The notes: a model not told the origin generated them from the letters alone. Positions 1 through 8,104 are shown, counted from the stretch's first letter. The stretch is DNA of 42,033 nucleotides from Thermoplasmata archaeon (GCA_030037035.1 JASHSA010000100.1:1-42033), one strand, 5' to 3'. Program-made: numbers and translations.

Positions 1-393
1 CTCCGTGATGTCCAAGCTATACTACGGGCCCGCGGCGCTCCGAGCTGAGTCAGGTCCATAGCAGTGGCGGGTCGGGAGGTCCCCTCGTGAGGGTCGAGCC
101 GGCGACCGCGGGCCTCCCGGCGTCCCCTAGGAGGTCGTAGCGAACGCCTGCGCGCGAGGCGGGCGCGGAAGGGTTGCTGGCCGCGTCGACGTCCGCATTC
201 CTGACGAGCCAGGCCGGTTCCCCGAGTCACGCCGGAGCGCGAACCGGCCGAACGATCGCCCGGGACCCGCGCCGTGCGAGCTTCGGGAGCGGCGCGCTCA
301 CGGGGGTCGGATCGTCGTCGAACTTCGGGCCTTCTCGACCGGCGATGGCAAAGGTCGGTCCGGACCCGTACGCCGGCCGGGCCGTCTCCGGCG

Positions 394-3363
394 CTACTCG
401 GTGGGTCGTACCGACTCCGCCGGGGGCATCCGGGCCGCCCGCAGCGACGGCTCGGCGACCGCGAGCATCGCGAGACCGTACGCCGCCGCGAGGATCACGG
501 CGAGGTTCAGCCACGGCACGGCGAACGTCGCCACCCCCGCCGAAGCGGACTCCGGGCTCTGCGAGAAGTTCCAGACGATCAGCAGGCCGAGCGCGGTGCC
601 GATCGCGACCCCGACGAGGGTCACGTACGAGTACTCGAGCAGGAACGCCCGCAGCACCATCCGCCGGGTGAAGCCGTTGGCCCGGAGCATGCCGATCTCT
701 CGCCGCCGCTCGACGACCGCGCGCAGGGCGACGATCCCCATCGCCGCGATCCCGACCGCGAGGCCGAGGCCGACGAAGATCTGGAGCAGGCCGATCGCCG
801 ACTCCGTCGTCGCGATCGACGACGCCAGCAGGTCGGCGATGTCGAGGACCTCGAGGCCGTACGGGAAGAACGCCCGCTTCGCGAGCTGCGCCGCCCGGTT
901 CGCCGAGTGCCCCGGGGCGAGGGTGAGGAAGAAGACCTTCGGGCTCGAGAACCCGAGCGCGGCGGCCGTCGGCGGGCTGACGAAGACCCCGGAGACGAGC
1001 GACTGGACCATGATCCCGAGGACGGTCACGGTGGTACGGTTGCCGTTCGCCGGATTGGTGAGCCCGATCGTGCCGCCCGGGCTCACGGTCGGATGCGCCG
1101 CGGCGGCCCCGACCGACAGCGTGTTCGAGATCGCCGCGTAGCTCTGGTCGACGATCGCGACGTCGGGGGTGCTCGCGAGCTCCGCGTCGACCTGCGCGGC
1201 GGTCATGCCGTGCAACGTCGACGTGAACGCGAAGCGGTTGGTGTCGTAGAAGTTCGAGGCCGGAGGCTCGCCGGCCGGCCCGGCGTAGAGCGAGTCCGCG
1301 TACGGATTGTGGGGATAGCCGCTCACGTTCACGTCGACCCCGCCGTAGACGAGCGGGACCGCCGACGAGAAGTACGGCGCGACCGTCGTGTTGGCGGCGA
1401 GCTCGCTCGGGAGGTCCGGGATCGGCGCCGCGGAGTACGAGACGAACGTGTAGCCGCCGGACTGCTGCTGAAGGCTCACGCCGAGGCTCGCGTCGACCGT
1501 CGAGCCCGCCGTCGCGATCGCCACCAGCGTGAAGATGACGAGCGCGAAGATCGCGAGGCTGATCGTCGATCGCGTCGCGCGGCGGCTCGGATAGGCGAGG
1601 GCGATGCGGGGGACCGGGGCGCTGCGCCGGCGGTCGCCGGCGAGCCGAAGGATCCCGGAGGCGATCGCCGACGCGTTGAAGACGTAGACGAGCAGCGCGC
1701 CGGTGACCATGATGATCCCCTCGACGAAGACGACGAAGATCCCCCCGCCGTGGTCGGCGCCGAGGAGCTCGACGTGCAGGTGCGCGTCGCCGGCCCAGAC
1801 GAGCAAGCCGGCGCCGGTCGCCGAGAAGGCGATCCGATTGCGCACGAAGCGCGACGCCAGCAGCCCGACGCCGACGATCGCGAGGGCGATCCCGAGGAGA
1901 GGGTCGGAGAGGTCGGAGGTTCCGGAGTAGGTCTTGGCGTAGAGCAGGGCGCCGAGCACGGCCGTGGCCGCGCCGAGGTAGGCGAGGAACGTGTACGTCC
2001 GGAGCGTCGGCGGCGGCTCGGGAAGGTCCCGGATCGCCCGAACGATGTTCAGCCGGCTCGCCCGCAGGCTCGAGAGCACGACGGTCGCGAGGGTGAGCAG
2101 CAGGCCGATGACGTAGGCGATCACCAGCGTCGACCGCGTCACCGTAAACGAGTCGAGGATCGCGTTGGAGGGCAGCCCCGGCTCCGGGTACAGGAGACCG
2201 AACGCCCACGTCAGGCCGTAGCCGACCCCGACGCCGAGGAACGTACCGGCGAGCGCGCTCCCGACGGCGTAGACGAACCCCTCGAAGAGGTAGGCGTAGA
2301 CGAGCTCCCGGCCCTGGAGCCCGATCGCGCGCAGGACCCCCATCTCGCCCTTGCGCTCCTCGGCGAGCAGGACGAAGATCCCGACGATCAGCAGCGCCCC
2401 GGCGGCGATCGAGAACAGGCCGAGGACGAGGAAGAGCGTCGCGATGTCGCTCCCCGCGGAGTTCGCCGTCGCGAGGGCGCTCACGAGCAGCTCGCTGACG
2501 GAGAGCCCGTGGGCGTCCGGGATCGAACCGAGCGCCGCGGTGAGCGTCGCGTTCACGCTCGGGGCGGCCGCGAGGCGCTGGGCCTGGTCGCCGACGTTCG
2601 TCACGGAGATGAAGTTGATCGCGCCGGTAAGGTTCTGGAGGTGCTGCGCGAGCGTCAGGTTGACGAAGACGCTCCCGAAGTCGCCGACCCCGCCGGTCGG
2701 GAACGCACCTCGGCTGTTGTCCTGCACGATCGCCTGGACGACCGCCGGGACCGGCGACGCCGCCGCGCCGTAGAGGACGACCGAATCGCCCGCCGAAGCG
2801 TTGAGCTCGGAGGCGGCAAGCTCGTCCAGAAGCACCTCCCCCGGGCCCGGCCCCGCAAGCGACGTGCCGGACGTGGTGACGAACGGGCCGAGCTCGGTGC
2901 TCTGGTTGCCGTTCACCCCGATGAGATGGAGGCCGGGCTGCGGGACGCCGCTGGTCCGGTCGTACAGTTCGGCCTGTCCGACGATCTCCGGGGCCATCCC
3001 GGCGATCGATCGGTCCGCGCCCGTGGCCCCTTCGAGGTCCGAGTAGACCGAGTACGGGAACGGCGCGTACGCGCCGGAAGGGGACCGGTTGCCGACGACC
3101 TCGTCGTTCTGGCCGACCGCGAGGACCGTGTAGTGGACGTTCACCTGGGAGATCGTGTCGCCGACCACCAGGCTCCCGCAGACGATCGTCGTCGCGACGA
3201 GCAGGCCGAGGACCAGGAGCACCGTGCGACCGCGCGCCCGGGCGACGTTGCGGAGCCCGATGCGGAGGGCGAGCCGGTGGCGCGCCGCGAGGAGCCCGAC
3301 GACCACAAAGACCACCCCTAGGAGGAGCAGGAGGCCGCCGACGACCGAGGGAGCACCGGCCAT
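394..3363 (-). CDS. ABC transporter permease, MacB/FtsX type with two FtsX modules and large extracytoplasmic loops
   Basis: 989-aa ORF with ATG at 3363. An N-terminal TM helix is followed by a long soluble segment. There are two TM clusters with duplicated FtsX-like segments (MGVLRAIGLQGRELV and IGMLRANGFTRRMVL). It starts 5 nt downstream of the ABC ATPase gene stop on the same strand. Confidence 0.85.
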   Translation of the reverse strand: MAGAPSVVGGLLLLLGVVFVVVGLLAARHRLALRIGLRNVARARGRTVLLVLGLLVATTIVCGSLVVGDTISQVNVHYTVLAVGQNDEVVGNRSPSGAYAPFPYSVYSDLEGATGADRSIAGMAPEIVGQAELYDRTSGVPQPGLHLIGVNGNQSTELGPFVTTSGTSLAGPGPGEVLLDELAASELNASAGDSVVLYGAAASPVPAVVQAIVQDNSRGAFPTGGVGDFGSVFVNLTLAQHLQNLTGAINFISVTNVGDQAQRLAAAPSVNATLTAALGSIPDAHGLSVSELLVSALATANSAGSDIATLFLVLGLFSIAAGALLIVGIFVLLAEERKGEMGVLRAIGLQGRELVYAYLFEGFVYAVGSALAGTFLGVGVGYGLTWAFGLLYPEPGLPSNAILDSFTVTRSTLVIAYVIGLLLTLATVVLSSLRASRLNIVRAIRDLPEPPPTLRTYTFLAYLGAATAVLGALLYAKTYSGTSDLSDPLLGIALAIVGVGLLASRFVRNRIAFSATGAGLLVWAGDAHLHVELLGADHGGGIFVVFVEGIIMVTGALLVYVFNASAIASGILRLAGDRRRSAPVPRIALAYPSRRATRSTISLAIFALVIFTLVAIATAGSTVDASLGVSLQQQSGGYTFVSYSAAPIPDLPSELAANTTVAPYFSSAVPLVYGGVDVNVSGYPHNPYADSLYAGPAGEPPASNFYDTNRFAFTSTLHGMTAAQVDAELASTPDVAIVDQSYAAISNTLSVGAAAAHPTVSPGGTIGLTNPANGNRTTVTVLGIMVQSLVSGVFVSPPTAAALGFSSPKVFFLTLAPGHSANRAAQLAKRAFFPYGLEVLDIADLLASSIATTESAIGLLQIFVGLGLAVGIAAMGIVALRAVVERRREIGMLRANGFTRRMVLRAFLLEYSYVTLVGVAIGTALGLLIVWNFSQSPESASAGVATFAVPWLNLAVILAAAYGLAMLAVAEPSLRAARMPPAESVRPTE

Positions 3364-3368
3364 GGCCG

Positions 3369-4058
3369 CTACGAATCGAAGCGGCCGTCGCGCATGCGCA
3401 GCGTCCGGTCGCAGCCGGCGGCGACGGTCGCGTCGTGCGTGACGACCACGATCGTCTGCCGGTAGGTCGTGTTCAGCGTCCGGAGCATGACGCTCACCTG
3501 CCGGGAGTCCTCCTCGTCGAGGTTGCCGGTCGGCTCGTCGGCCCAGACGATCGCCGGGCGCCCGACGAGGGCGCGAGCGAGGGAGACCCGCTGCTGCTGG
3601 CCGCCGGAGAGTTCGGCGGGCCGCCGGTCGAGCCGGTCGCCCAGGCCCAGCTCGGTCAGGATCGCGCGTGCGCGCTCCCGGGCCTCCCGGGCGGCGACGC
3701 CGGCGATCAGGAGGGGCATCTCGACGTTCTCGGTCGCGGAGAGCACGGGCAGGAGATTGTACGCCTGGAAGACGAAGCCGACCTTGCGCGCCCGGTAGTC
3801 GCTCTTCGCCCGGTCGTCCATCGACCTTAGGTCGACCCCGTCCAGCACGATCTCGCCGCGGTCGATCTCGTCGAGCCCCGAGAAGCAGTTCAGGAACGTC
3901 GTCTTCCCGCAGCCGGACGGCCCCATGATCGCGAGCATCTCGCCCCGACGGATCTCGACATCGATCCCCCGGAGTGCCACGACGCGGGTCTCCCCCTGGC
4001 CGTAGGTCTTCCAGACGTCGCGGCCGACCACCACCGGCGCGCCCGCGGGTCCGCTCAT
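3369..4058 (-). CDS. ABC transporter ATP-binding protein (MacB/LolD-like)
   Basis: Walker [13 protein letters not shown] signature LSGGQQQRV and Walker [13 protein letters not shown]. The ATG overlaps the MarR stop as ATGA (4055-4058). Confidence 0.93.
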   Translation of the reverse strand: MSGPAGAPVVVGRDVWKTYGQGETRVVALRGIDVEIRRGEMLAIMGPSGCGKTTFLNCFSGLDEIDRGEIVLDGVDLRSMDDRAKSDYRARKVGFVFQAYNLLPVLSATENVEMPLLIAGVAAREARERARAILTELGLGDRLDRRPAELSGGQQQRVSLARALVGRPAIVWADEPTGNLDEEDSRQVSVMLRTLNTTYRQTIVVVTHDATVAAGCDRTLRMRDGRFDS

Positions 4059-4597
4059 CGGCCGGCGCCCCCTCGGGCGGTGCTCGCAGAGGCCTTGGCC
4101 CGCCGCCCCGCGACGGGGGCGGCTGCGGCGGCCGGGCGAGCCGAGCGGTGGAATCCGTGGATCGCCTGGTTTAGCACCCCGGCCGCCAGCGCCGCGCGCG
4201 CCCCCGGTAGCTGCCCCCGGACCCCGAGCCAGCGGGACGCCTGCAGCCGCTCGAGGCGCTCGGCGACCTGGCGGCCCCGCGGGGCCAGCGAGACGACGAC
4301 CTGCCGACGGTCCCGTGTCCCGTGCTCGCGCTTGAGCAACTGCGCGAGGACGAGCCCGTCGACCACGCCGGTGATCGTCGACGGGGGCGTGCCGGAACCC
4401 GAGACAAGACGCGACACCGGGACCGCGCGGTTCCTCCGCAGGACCAGGAGGATCATCGCCTCCCTCACCGTGAGACCCAGCCCGGTCGCGTCCTCGCGCA
4501 CCGAACGGAAGATCGCGACCCCGAGACGCTCGGCGGCCCGACGGAGCGGGTAGTCGTCGAGGTCCGGGAGCGACGTCCGCGTCCGAGGAGGGGCCAT
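4055..4597 (-). CDS. MarR family transcriptional regulator
   Basis: 180 aa with a winged-HTH pattern: LTVREAMILLVL...VSRLVSGSGTPPSTITGVVDGLVLAQLLKREHGTRDRRQVVVSLAPRG. It is the first gene of the MarR-ATPase-permease operon. Confidence 0.85.
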   Translation of the reverse strand: MAPPRTRTSLPDLDDYPLRRAAERLGVAIFRSVREDATGLGLTVREAMILLVLRRNRAVPVSRLVSGSGTPPSTITGVVDGLVLAQLLKREHGTRDRRQVVVSLAPRGRQVAERLERLQASRWLGVRGQLPGARAALAAGVLNQAIHGFHRSARPAAAAAPVAGRRAKASASTARGGAGR

Positions 4598-4602
4598 GTT
4601 GC

Positions 4603-4633
4603 TTCGAATTCGTAATATTCGAATTCCTATAGC
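4603..4633 (-). promoter_or_regulatory. Putative promoter plus MarR operator: TTCGAATTC-N6-TTCGAATTC, which can also be read as GAATTCG-N7-CGAATTC, followed by CTATAGG
   Basis: This is the only AT-rich patch for several hundred bp. A perfect 9-nt repeat occurs at 4603-4611 and 4618-4626, and it contains 7-bp inverted arms at 4606-4612 and 4620-4626. It lies 6-36 nt upstream of the MarR ATG (4597), and a TATA-like TATAGG sits at 4628-4633 on the minus strand. Confidence 0.55.
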
Positions 4634-4730
4634 CTCTCCGGGGCGTTCGGGGCCGTGCGTCCGTGGGACGTCCGGGCTGGATCCGCTACCGGCGATCGTT
4701 CCGGCGCGCAGGTCCGGCAGGGAGGTTCGC

Positions 4731-5105
4731 CTAGGACGCCGGGCGACCGCCGCAACCCCGCGTGCGGCGAGCGGCCCAGAAGCGCCGGTAGAGCCCCTCC
4801 AGGTACCGACCCAGTCGGGGGACGCGACGGGCGAACTCCTCCCATGTCGGCCCCAACGTGAGGCCGAGGAGAGGGAGCGTCAGCGCCTCCCCGGTGCTCA
4901 GGCGGTCGCCGGCCGCCAGGTGTGCGTAGCCGAACCGGGTCCCGGGGTCGAGACGACCGAGCAACGGCTCGGCGCCCGGAGCGTCTAGGGGGACCGCCGC
5001 CAGCCGGTGGTGGCTCATCGCTTCGGCCGCGCGGGCGAACAGACGGCAGGGTCCGCATCCGTCATCGTAGAAGAGCCGGGCAGCACGGTCCGAGGCGTAC
5101 GGCAT
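4731..5105 (-). CDS. DCC1-like thiol-disulfide oxidoreductase (DUF393 family)
   Basis: N-terminal motif LFYDDGCGPC matches the DUF393 DGxCxxC signature, and the small size is typical. The start is placed at ATG 5105. The ORF track's GTG at 5123 would add 6 residues and cannot be excluded. Confidence 0.7.
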   Translation of the reverse strand: MPYASDRAARLFYDDGCGPCRLFARAAEAMSHHRLAAVPLDAPGAEPLLGRLDPGTRFGYAHLAAGDRLSTGEALTLPLLGLTLGPTWEEFARRVPRLGRYLEGLYRRFWAARRTRGCGGRPAS

Positions 5106-5156
5106 CGCGGCGAAGGAGCTCACGAGGAAAGAAGAGCGGCTCGGCCGAGGGGGGAC

Positions 5157-5345
5157 CTAGGCCTTGGCCGGCTTCGCCTTGGCCGCGGGCTTCGTCTTCG
5201 ACTCCGAGTACCCGCAGCGCCCGCACGAACGGCGGTCCTCGTGCTCGGCGAGGAACGTCCCTGGGCCGCACTTGGGGCAGGCGAGATGGGTCCGGCGCAG
5301 CGTCTCGCCGTCGACGTCGTAGAGCCCGACCCGTGCCTTCGCCAC
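5157..5345 (-). CDS. rps27ae: 30S ribosomal protein S27ae (eS31)
   Basis: 62 aa with a zinc ribbon CPKCG...CGRCG, in the conserved position after rps24e. It carries a short [11 protein letters not shown] tail. Confidence 0.9.
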   Translation of the reverse strand: MAKARVGLYDVDGETLRRTHLACPKCGPGTFLAEHEDRRSCGRCGYSESKTKPAAKAKPAKA

Positions 5346-5351
5346 GGCGGC

Positions 5352-5858
5352 TCACTCCTTCTTCGCGTGCGCCCTTGGGGCCTTCTTCGGAGCGTCCGCG
5401 GACGCGGGAGAGGGCGACTCGGCGGGGGAAGGGGGGACCGGTGTCTCGGCCTTGGAGGATGGCTTCGCCTCGGTCGGCTCCGGAGCCGGCGCCTCCTTCG
5501 CGGCGGCCGCGGGGACAGCCGGAGCCTCCGCCTTCGGGGCTTCCGGGGCAGCGGCGGGGGCGCCCTTCGCGGGCTTCTCCTTGAGCCCGTTGCGCACGAG
5601 GATGTGTTCCCGCGTGATCTGCTTCGCCGCCTCGGCGTTGTCGTAGACGTTCGCCTCGCCGCGGGTCACGGCCGTGCCAAAGCGGGGCAACATCCGCTCG
5701 ATGATGACCCGGTCCTTCGCGGCGTGCACCGCCTTCGCGAGCTCGGAGCGAACGCTGTCGCGGGTCGGCGTCGCCGCGGTGACGTGGGAGACCTCGAAGC
5801 GGACCTCGTGGCGCTTCAGCAACGGGTTCGTGCGCTCCTCGAGGATCCTAATCTCCAT
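5352..5858 (-). CDS. rps24e: 30S ribosomal protein S24e (eS24) with a long Ala/Pro/Lys-rich C-terminal extension
   Basis: The N-terminal ~100 aa (MEIRILEERTNPLLKRHEVRFEVSH...ILVRNGL) match the S24e fold pattern. The last ~65 aa are low-complexity A/P/K/E. Confidence 0.9.
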   Translation of the reverse strand: MEIRILEERTNPLLKRHEVRFEVSHVTAATPTRDSVRSELAKAVHAAKDRVIIERMLPRFGTAVTRGEANVYDNAEAAKQITREHILVRNGLKEKPAKGAPAAAPEAPKAEAPAVPAAAAKEAPAPEPTEAKPSSKAETPVPPSPAESPSPASADAPKKAPRAHAKKE

Positions 5859-6405
5859 TGCCGGACCTTCTCAGTTCCATCTGGGCGACGAGGTTGCGGA
5901 CGTGCGCCTTCGCGACGTCGTCGACGAGGACGAAGGAGACCCCCTCAGCCGGGATGCCGTATATAACGGTCGCCCCGACCGGGAGCGTCTCGACGAGCGC
6001 GAGCGCGCCCAGGTCCTCCTCTCCGTCGACCTCCAGGAGACCGCCCCCCGCGCCGACGAGCTCGCGGACCGCCGCCCGGAGCGCCTCGGTCAGCTGACCG
6101 GCCGGGTTGCGAACGCGGACGGTACGGCGTACGCCGAGCGCTCGGTAGCTGTCGCGCGGGATCGGCTCGCCGCGTCGGGTCTTGTAGTCGACGATCCCGA
6201 CGAGCGGGGGGTGCCCCAGCTCGAGCGAGCGGCCGACGACCCGGTCGCCGCAGGCGCCGAAGACGTGCAGCGACCGGATCCTGCGGTCGGCCTCCTCTCC
6301 GGCATAGACCGGGCCGTACTTCTCGGCGAGCGTCGGACGAAGGGCGTCCGGAACGATCCAGACGCGGCCGTTACTTGACGCGGAGCGCGTACCGGCCCGC
6401 GTCAT
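5848..6405 (-). CDS. GTP-dependent dephospho-CoA kinase (DUF359/COG1909 family)
   Basis: Motifs GDRVV, IVDYKTRR, VRNPAGQLTE and VDGEEDLGALALV. It holds the conserved archaeal position between spt4 and rps24e. The ATG at 6405 lies inside the spt4 3' end. Confidence 0.8.
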   Translation of the reverse strand: MTRAGTRSASSNGRVWIVPDALRPTLAEKYGPVYAGEEADRRIRSLHVFGACGDRVVGRSLELGHPPLVGIVDYKTRRGEPIPRDSYRALGVRRTVRVRNPAGQLTEALRAAVRELVGAGGGLLEVDGEEDLGALALVETLPVGATVIYGIPAEGVSFVLVDDVAKAHVRNLVAQMELRRSGNGD

Positions 6406-6556
6406 GGATCCCCATCTTCTTCGCGATCTCGCTGCGCTCGGGGTCGATCACGACCAGGTAGCCCTGCCATTCCCGGGAGACCTCGCCGCCACACCGGGGG
6501 CATTTCGCCTGGTCGGTGATCGTTCGACAGTTCTTGCACGCCCTCTGGTTGATCAT
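6371..6556 (-). CDS. spt4: Transcription elongation factor Spt4 (RpoE'')
   Basis: 61 aa with a zinc ribbon CKNC...CPRCG followed by W.GYLVVIDPE.SEIAK. It lies immediately downstream of rpoE'. Confidence 0.92.
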   Translation of the reverse strand: MINQRACKNCRTITDQAKCPRCGGEVSREWQGYLVVIDPERSEIAKKMGIHDAGRYALRVK

Positions 6557-6568
6557 CGCTCGCGGTCC

Positions 6569-7213
6569 TCAGCCGGCCGCCGCCGGTCCCTTCGTCGCCG
6601 GCCGCGCCGGAGCCTTCTTGCCGGGGCTCGGCGCGGCGGACGCCTTCTTGCCGCCGCGTTCGTCGGCCTTGCGATGGGCGTCGACGATCCACTCGAACCG
6701 GCCCAGCGCCGGCTGGCGCATCGTCAGACCGATGCGACTGTCGCGCGGGGAGATCTCGGAGAGGGAGAGCGAGACGACGCGGGCGCGGACCTTGTAGCCG
6801 ACCTTCAGGTCGCGCTTCGTCTCGACGCCGACGAGCCGCTGGTTGTGCTCGTCGATGTTCACCCGGTCGTCCATGATCTGGGAGACGTGGAGCAGGCCGT
6901 CCAACGGCCCAAAGCGGACGAACGCGCCGAACTTGCGGATCTCGACGACCGCCCCCTCGACGACCTCCTGGATCTCAGGCCGGAACAGGAGCGCCTCGTA
7001 CTCGACCTCCTGGTAGACCCCGCCGTCGCCGTGGATGATGTGCCCCTCGCCGATCGGCCGCACGTCGCGGATCGTGACGGCGAGGCTCTGGCCGTCGACC
7101 AGCTTCCCCTCGAACTGCTGTTGGGCGAGCTCGACGAGGACCGTGGCGAGCTCCGGGCCGAGGCGCGCGGGTGGGATGCGGACGACATCGCGACGGTGGT
7201 CCAAGTAATACAT
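6569..7213 (-). CDS. rpoE: DNA-directed RNA polymerase subunit E' (Rpo7) with a K/A/P-rich C-terminal tail
   Basis: An N-terminal Rpo7 domain plus an S1 domain (VVEIRKFGAFVRFGPLDGLLHVSQI). The tail reads GGKKASAAPSPGKKAPARPATKGPAAAG. Confidence 0.92.
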   Translation of the reverse strand: MYYLDHRRDVVRIPPARLGPELATVLVELAQQQFEGKLVDGQSLAVTIRDVRPIGEGHIIHGDGGVYQEVEYEALLFRPEIQEVVEGAVVEIRKFGAFVRFGPLDGLLHVSQIMDDRVNIDEHNQRLVGVETKRDLKVGYKVRARVVSLSLSEISPRDSRIGLTMRQPALGRFEWIVDAHRKADERGGKKASAAPSPGKKAPARPATKGPAAAG

Positions 7214-7236
7214 TCGGGCCGCGCGAGAAAGGACCG

Positions 7237-7244
7237 CTATAAGA
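7237..7244 (-). promoter_or_regulatory. TATA-like box (TCTTATAG on the minus strand) for the rpoE'-spt4 operon
   Basis: An isolated AT-rich octamer 24-31 nt upstream of the rpoE' ATG (7213). The spacing implies a leaderless or very short-leader mRNA. Confidence 0.5.
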
Positions 7245-7488
7245 TGGTTCTCTACCGGGCGGGCGTGCTCGGGCTGCGGGGGCTTCGGAAGCCCCGGCCT
7301 GTCGCCGGAACCCGGTCGTAGGCGTACCCCCTCTCCGGGGACTGCGGTCTCGGGTCCGCGGGGAGGTCTTCGGGCTCGGAGGAGAGCGAAGCAGACCGGC
7401 CCGAGGTCGAACCGGCTGGCACCCGGGCGCGGCCTCGCCGTGCGGTCCGGAGCTGCGGGGGCCCGACACGCAGAGGACGGTTCGCGGT

Positions 7489-8088
7489 CTAAGCGGCCGG
7501 GCGAACTCCATCCACGTCGTGGACCGACCGGTCCAGGTCGGCCGACCGGGGCGCCCGCGGGGAGCGGCGCCGCGGGGGGGTCGACGCGGTTCCCCCGACC
7601 CGCCGGCGACGGCGGAGCGGCCCGGACGTGGCGCGCAGCTCGATCTCGAAGTAGCGCGCGGTCGGCTCCGGGTTGAACCGGTAGGCGGGGATTTCACGGA
7701 ATCCCAAAGCGGTGTACAGCCGCATCGCGGACCGCATCCTGCCGAGGGTGTCGAGACGCATCCGGCGATAGCCGGCCTCTCGCGCCTTCCGAAGGGACGC
7801 GACGGCGAGCGCCCGGCCGACCCCTCGCCCGCGATAGGCCGGGCGGACGTAGAGGCGCTTCATCTCGCAGGTCGACCCCCGGAGGCGTCGGATCGCCACG
7901 CAGCCGGCCGGTCGACCGTCGACCTCTGCGAGCAGCAACCGACCCCCAGGTCCGGAGTACGCTTCGGGAAATCGCTCCAGCTCGCGGTCGATCCCCTGAA
8001 ACCCGAGGTCGATGTCGAGACCGCGCACGTACTCGGCGACGAGCCGTCGAACCTCGGCGACCGCGCGCGGGGTGCCGGCCGTCCGCAC
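7489..8088 (-). CDS. GNAT family N-acetyltransferase
   Basis: Acetyl-CoA motif A: MKRLYVRPAYRGRGVGRAL. The N-terminus VRTAGTPRAVAEVRRLVAEYV...DLGFQGIDRELERFPEAYSGPGGRLLLAEV is typical of this GNAT subgroup. The start is placed at GTG 8088, just after the gap stop. The ATG at 8154 in the track would overlap gap by 50 nt. The last ~45 aa are Arg-rich and look like read-through. Confidence 0.8.
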   Translation of the reverse strand: MRTAGTPRAVAEVRRLVAEYVRGLDIDLGFQGIDRELERFPEAYSGPGGRLLLAEVDGRPAGCVAIRRLRGSTCEMKRLYVRPAYRGRGVGRALAVASLRKAREAGYRRMRLDTLGRMRSAMRLYTALGFREIPAYRFNPEPTARYFEIELRATSGPLRRRRRVGGTASTPPRRRSPRAPRSADLDRSVHDVDGVRPAA

Positions 8089-8104
8089 GCGGACGCGGGC
8101 GGCC

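Noticed and set aside
4-45. C/D-box sRNA-like elements (GTGATGT at 4-10, CTGA at 42-45).
   Set aside because: The C box is imperfect. The C-to-D distance (~40 nt) is too short for C/D'/C'/D with two guides. There is no terminal stem, and the element sits at the window edge. I found no good RUGAUGA...CUGA pairs in other intergenic regions by eye.
227-3321. Very long ORFs 274..3321 (+, 1015 aa) and 227..2209 (-, 660 aa) overlapping the permease gene.
   Set aside because: Their translations are extremely Arg/Asp/Glu/Pro/Gly-rich, with no TM or domain-like motifs. They are alternative frames of a gene (394..3363) whose product has clear FtsX-type membrane architecture. This is the typical high-GC shadow ORF.
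7214-7488. SRP RNA or RNase P RNA in the rpoE'-upstream spacer.
   Set aside because: I could not find the conserved motifs I can recall, namely the SRP helix-8 GGAA-loop context and the RNase P GGAAAGUCC / ACAGAA blocks. The region is kept only as an unexplained spacer in the findings.
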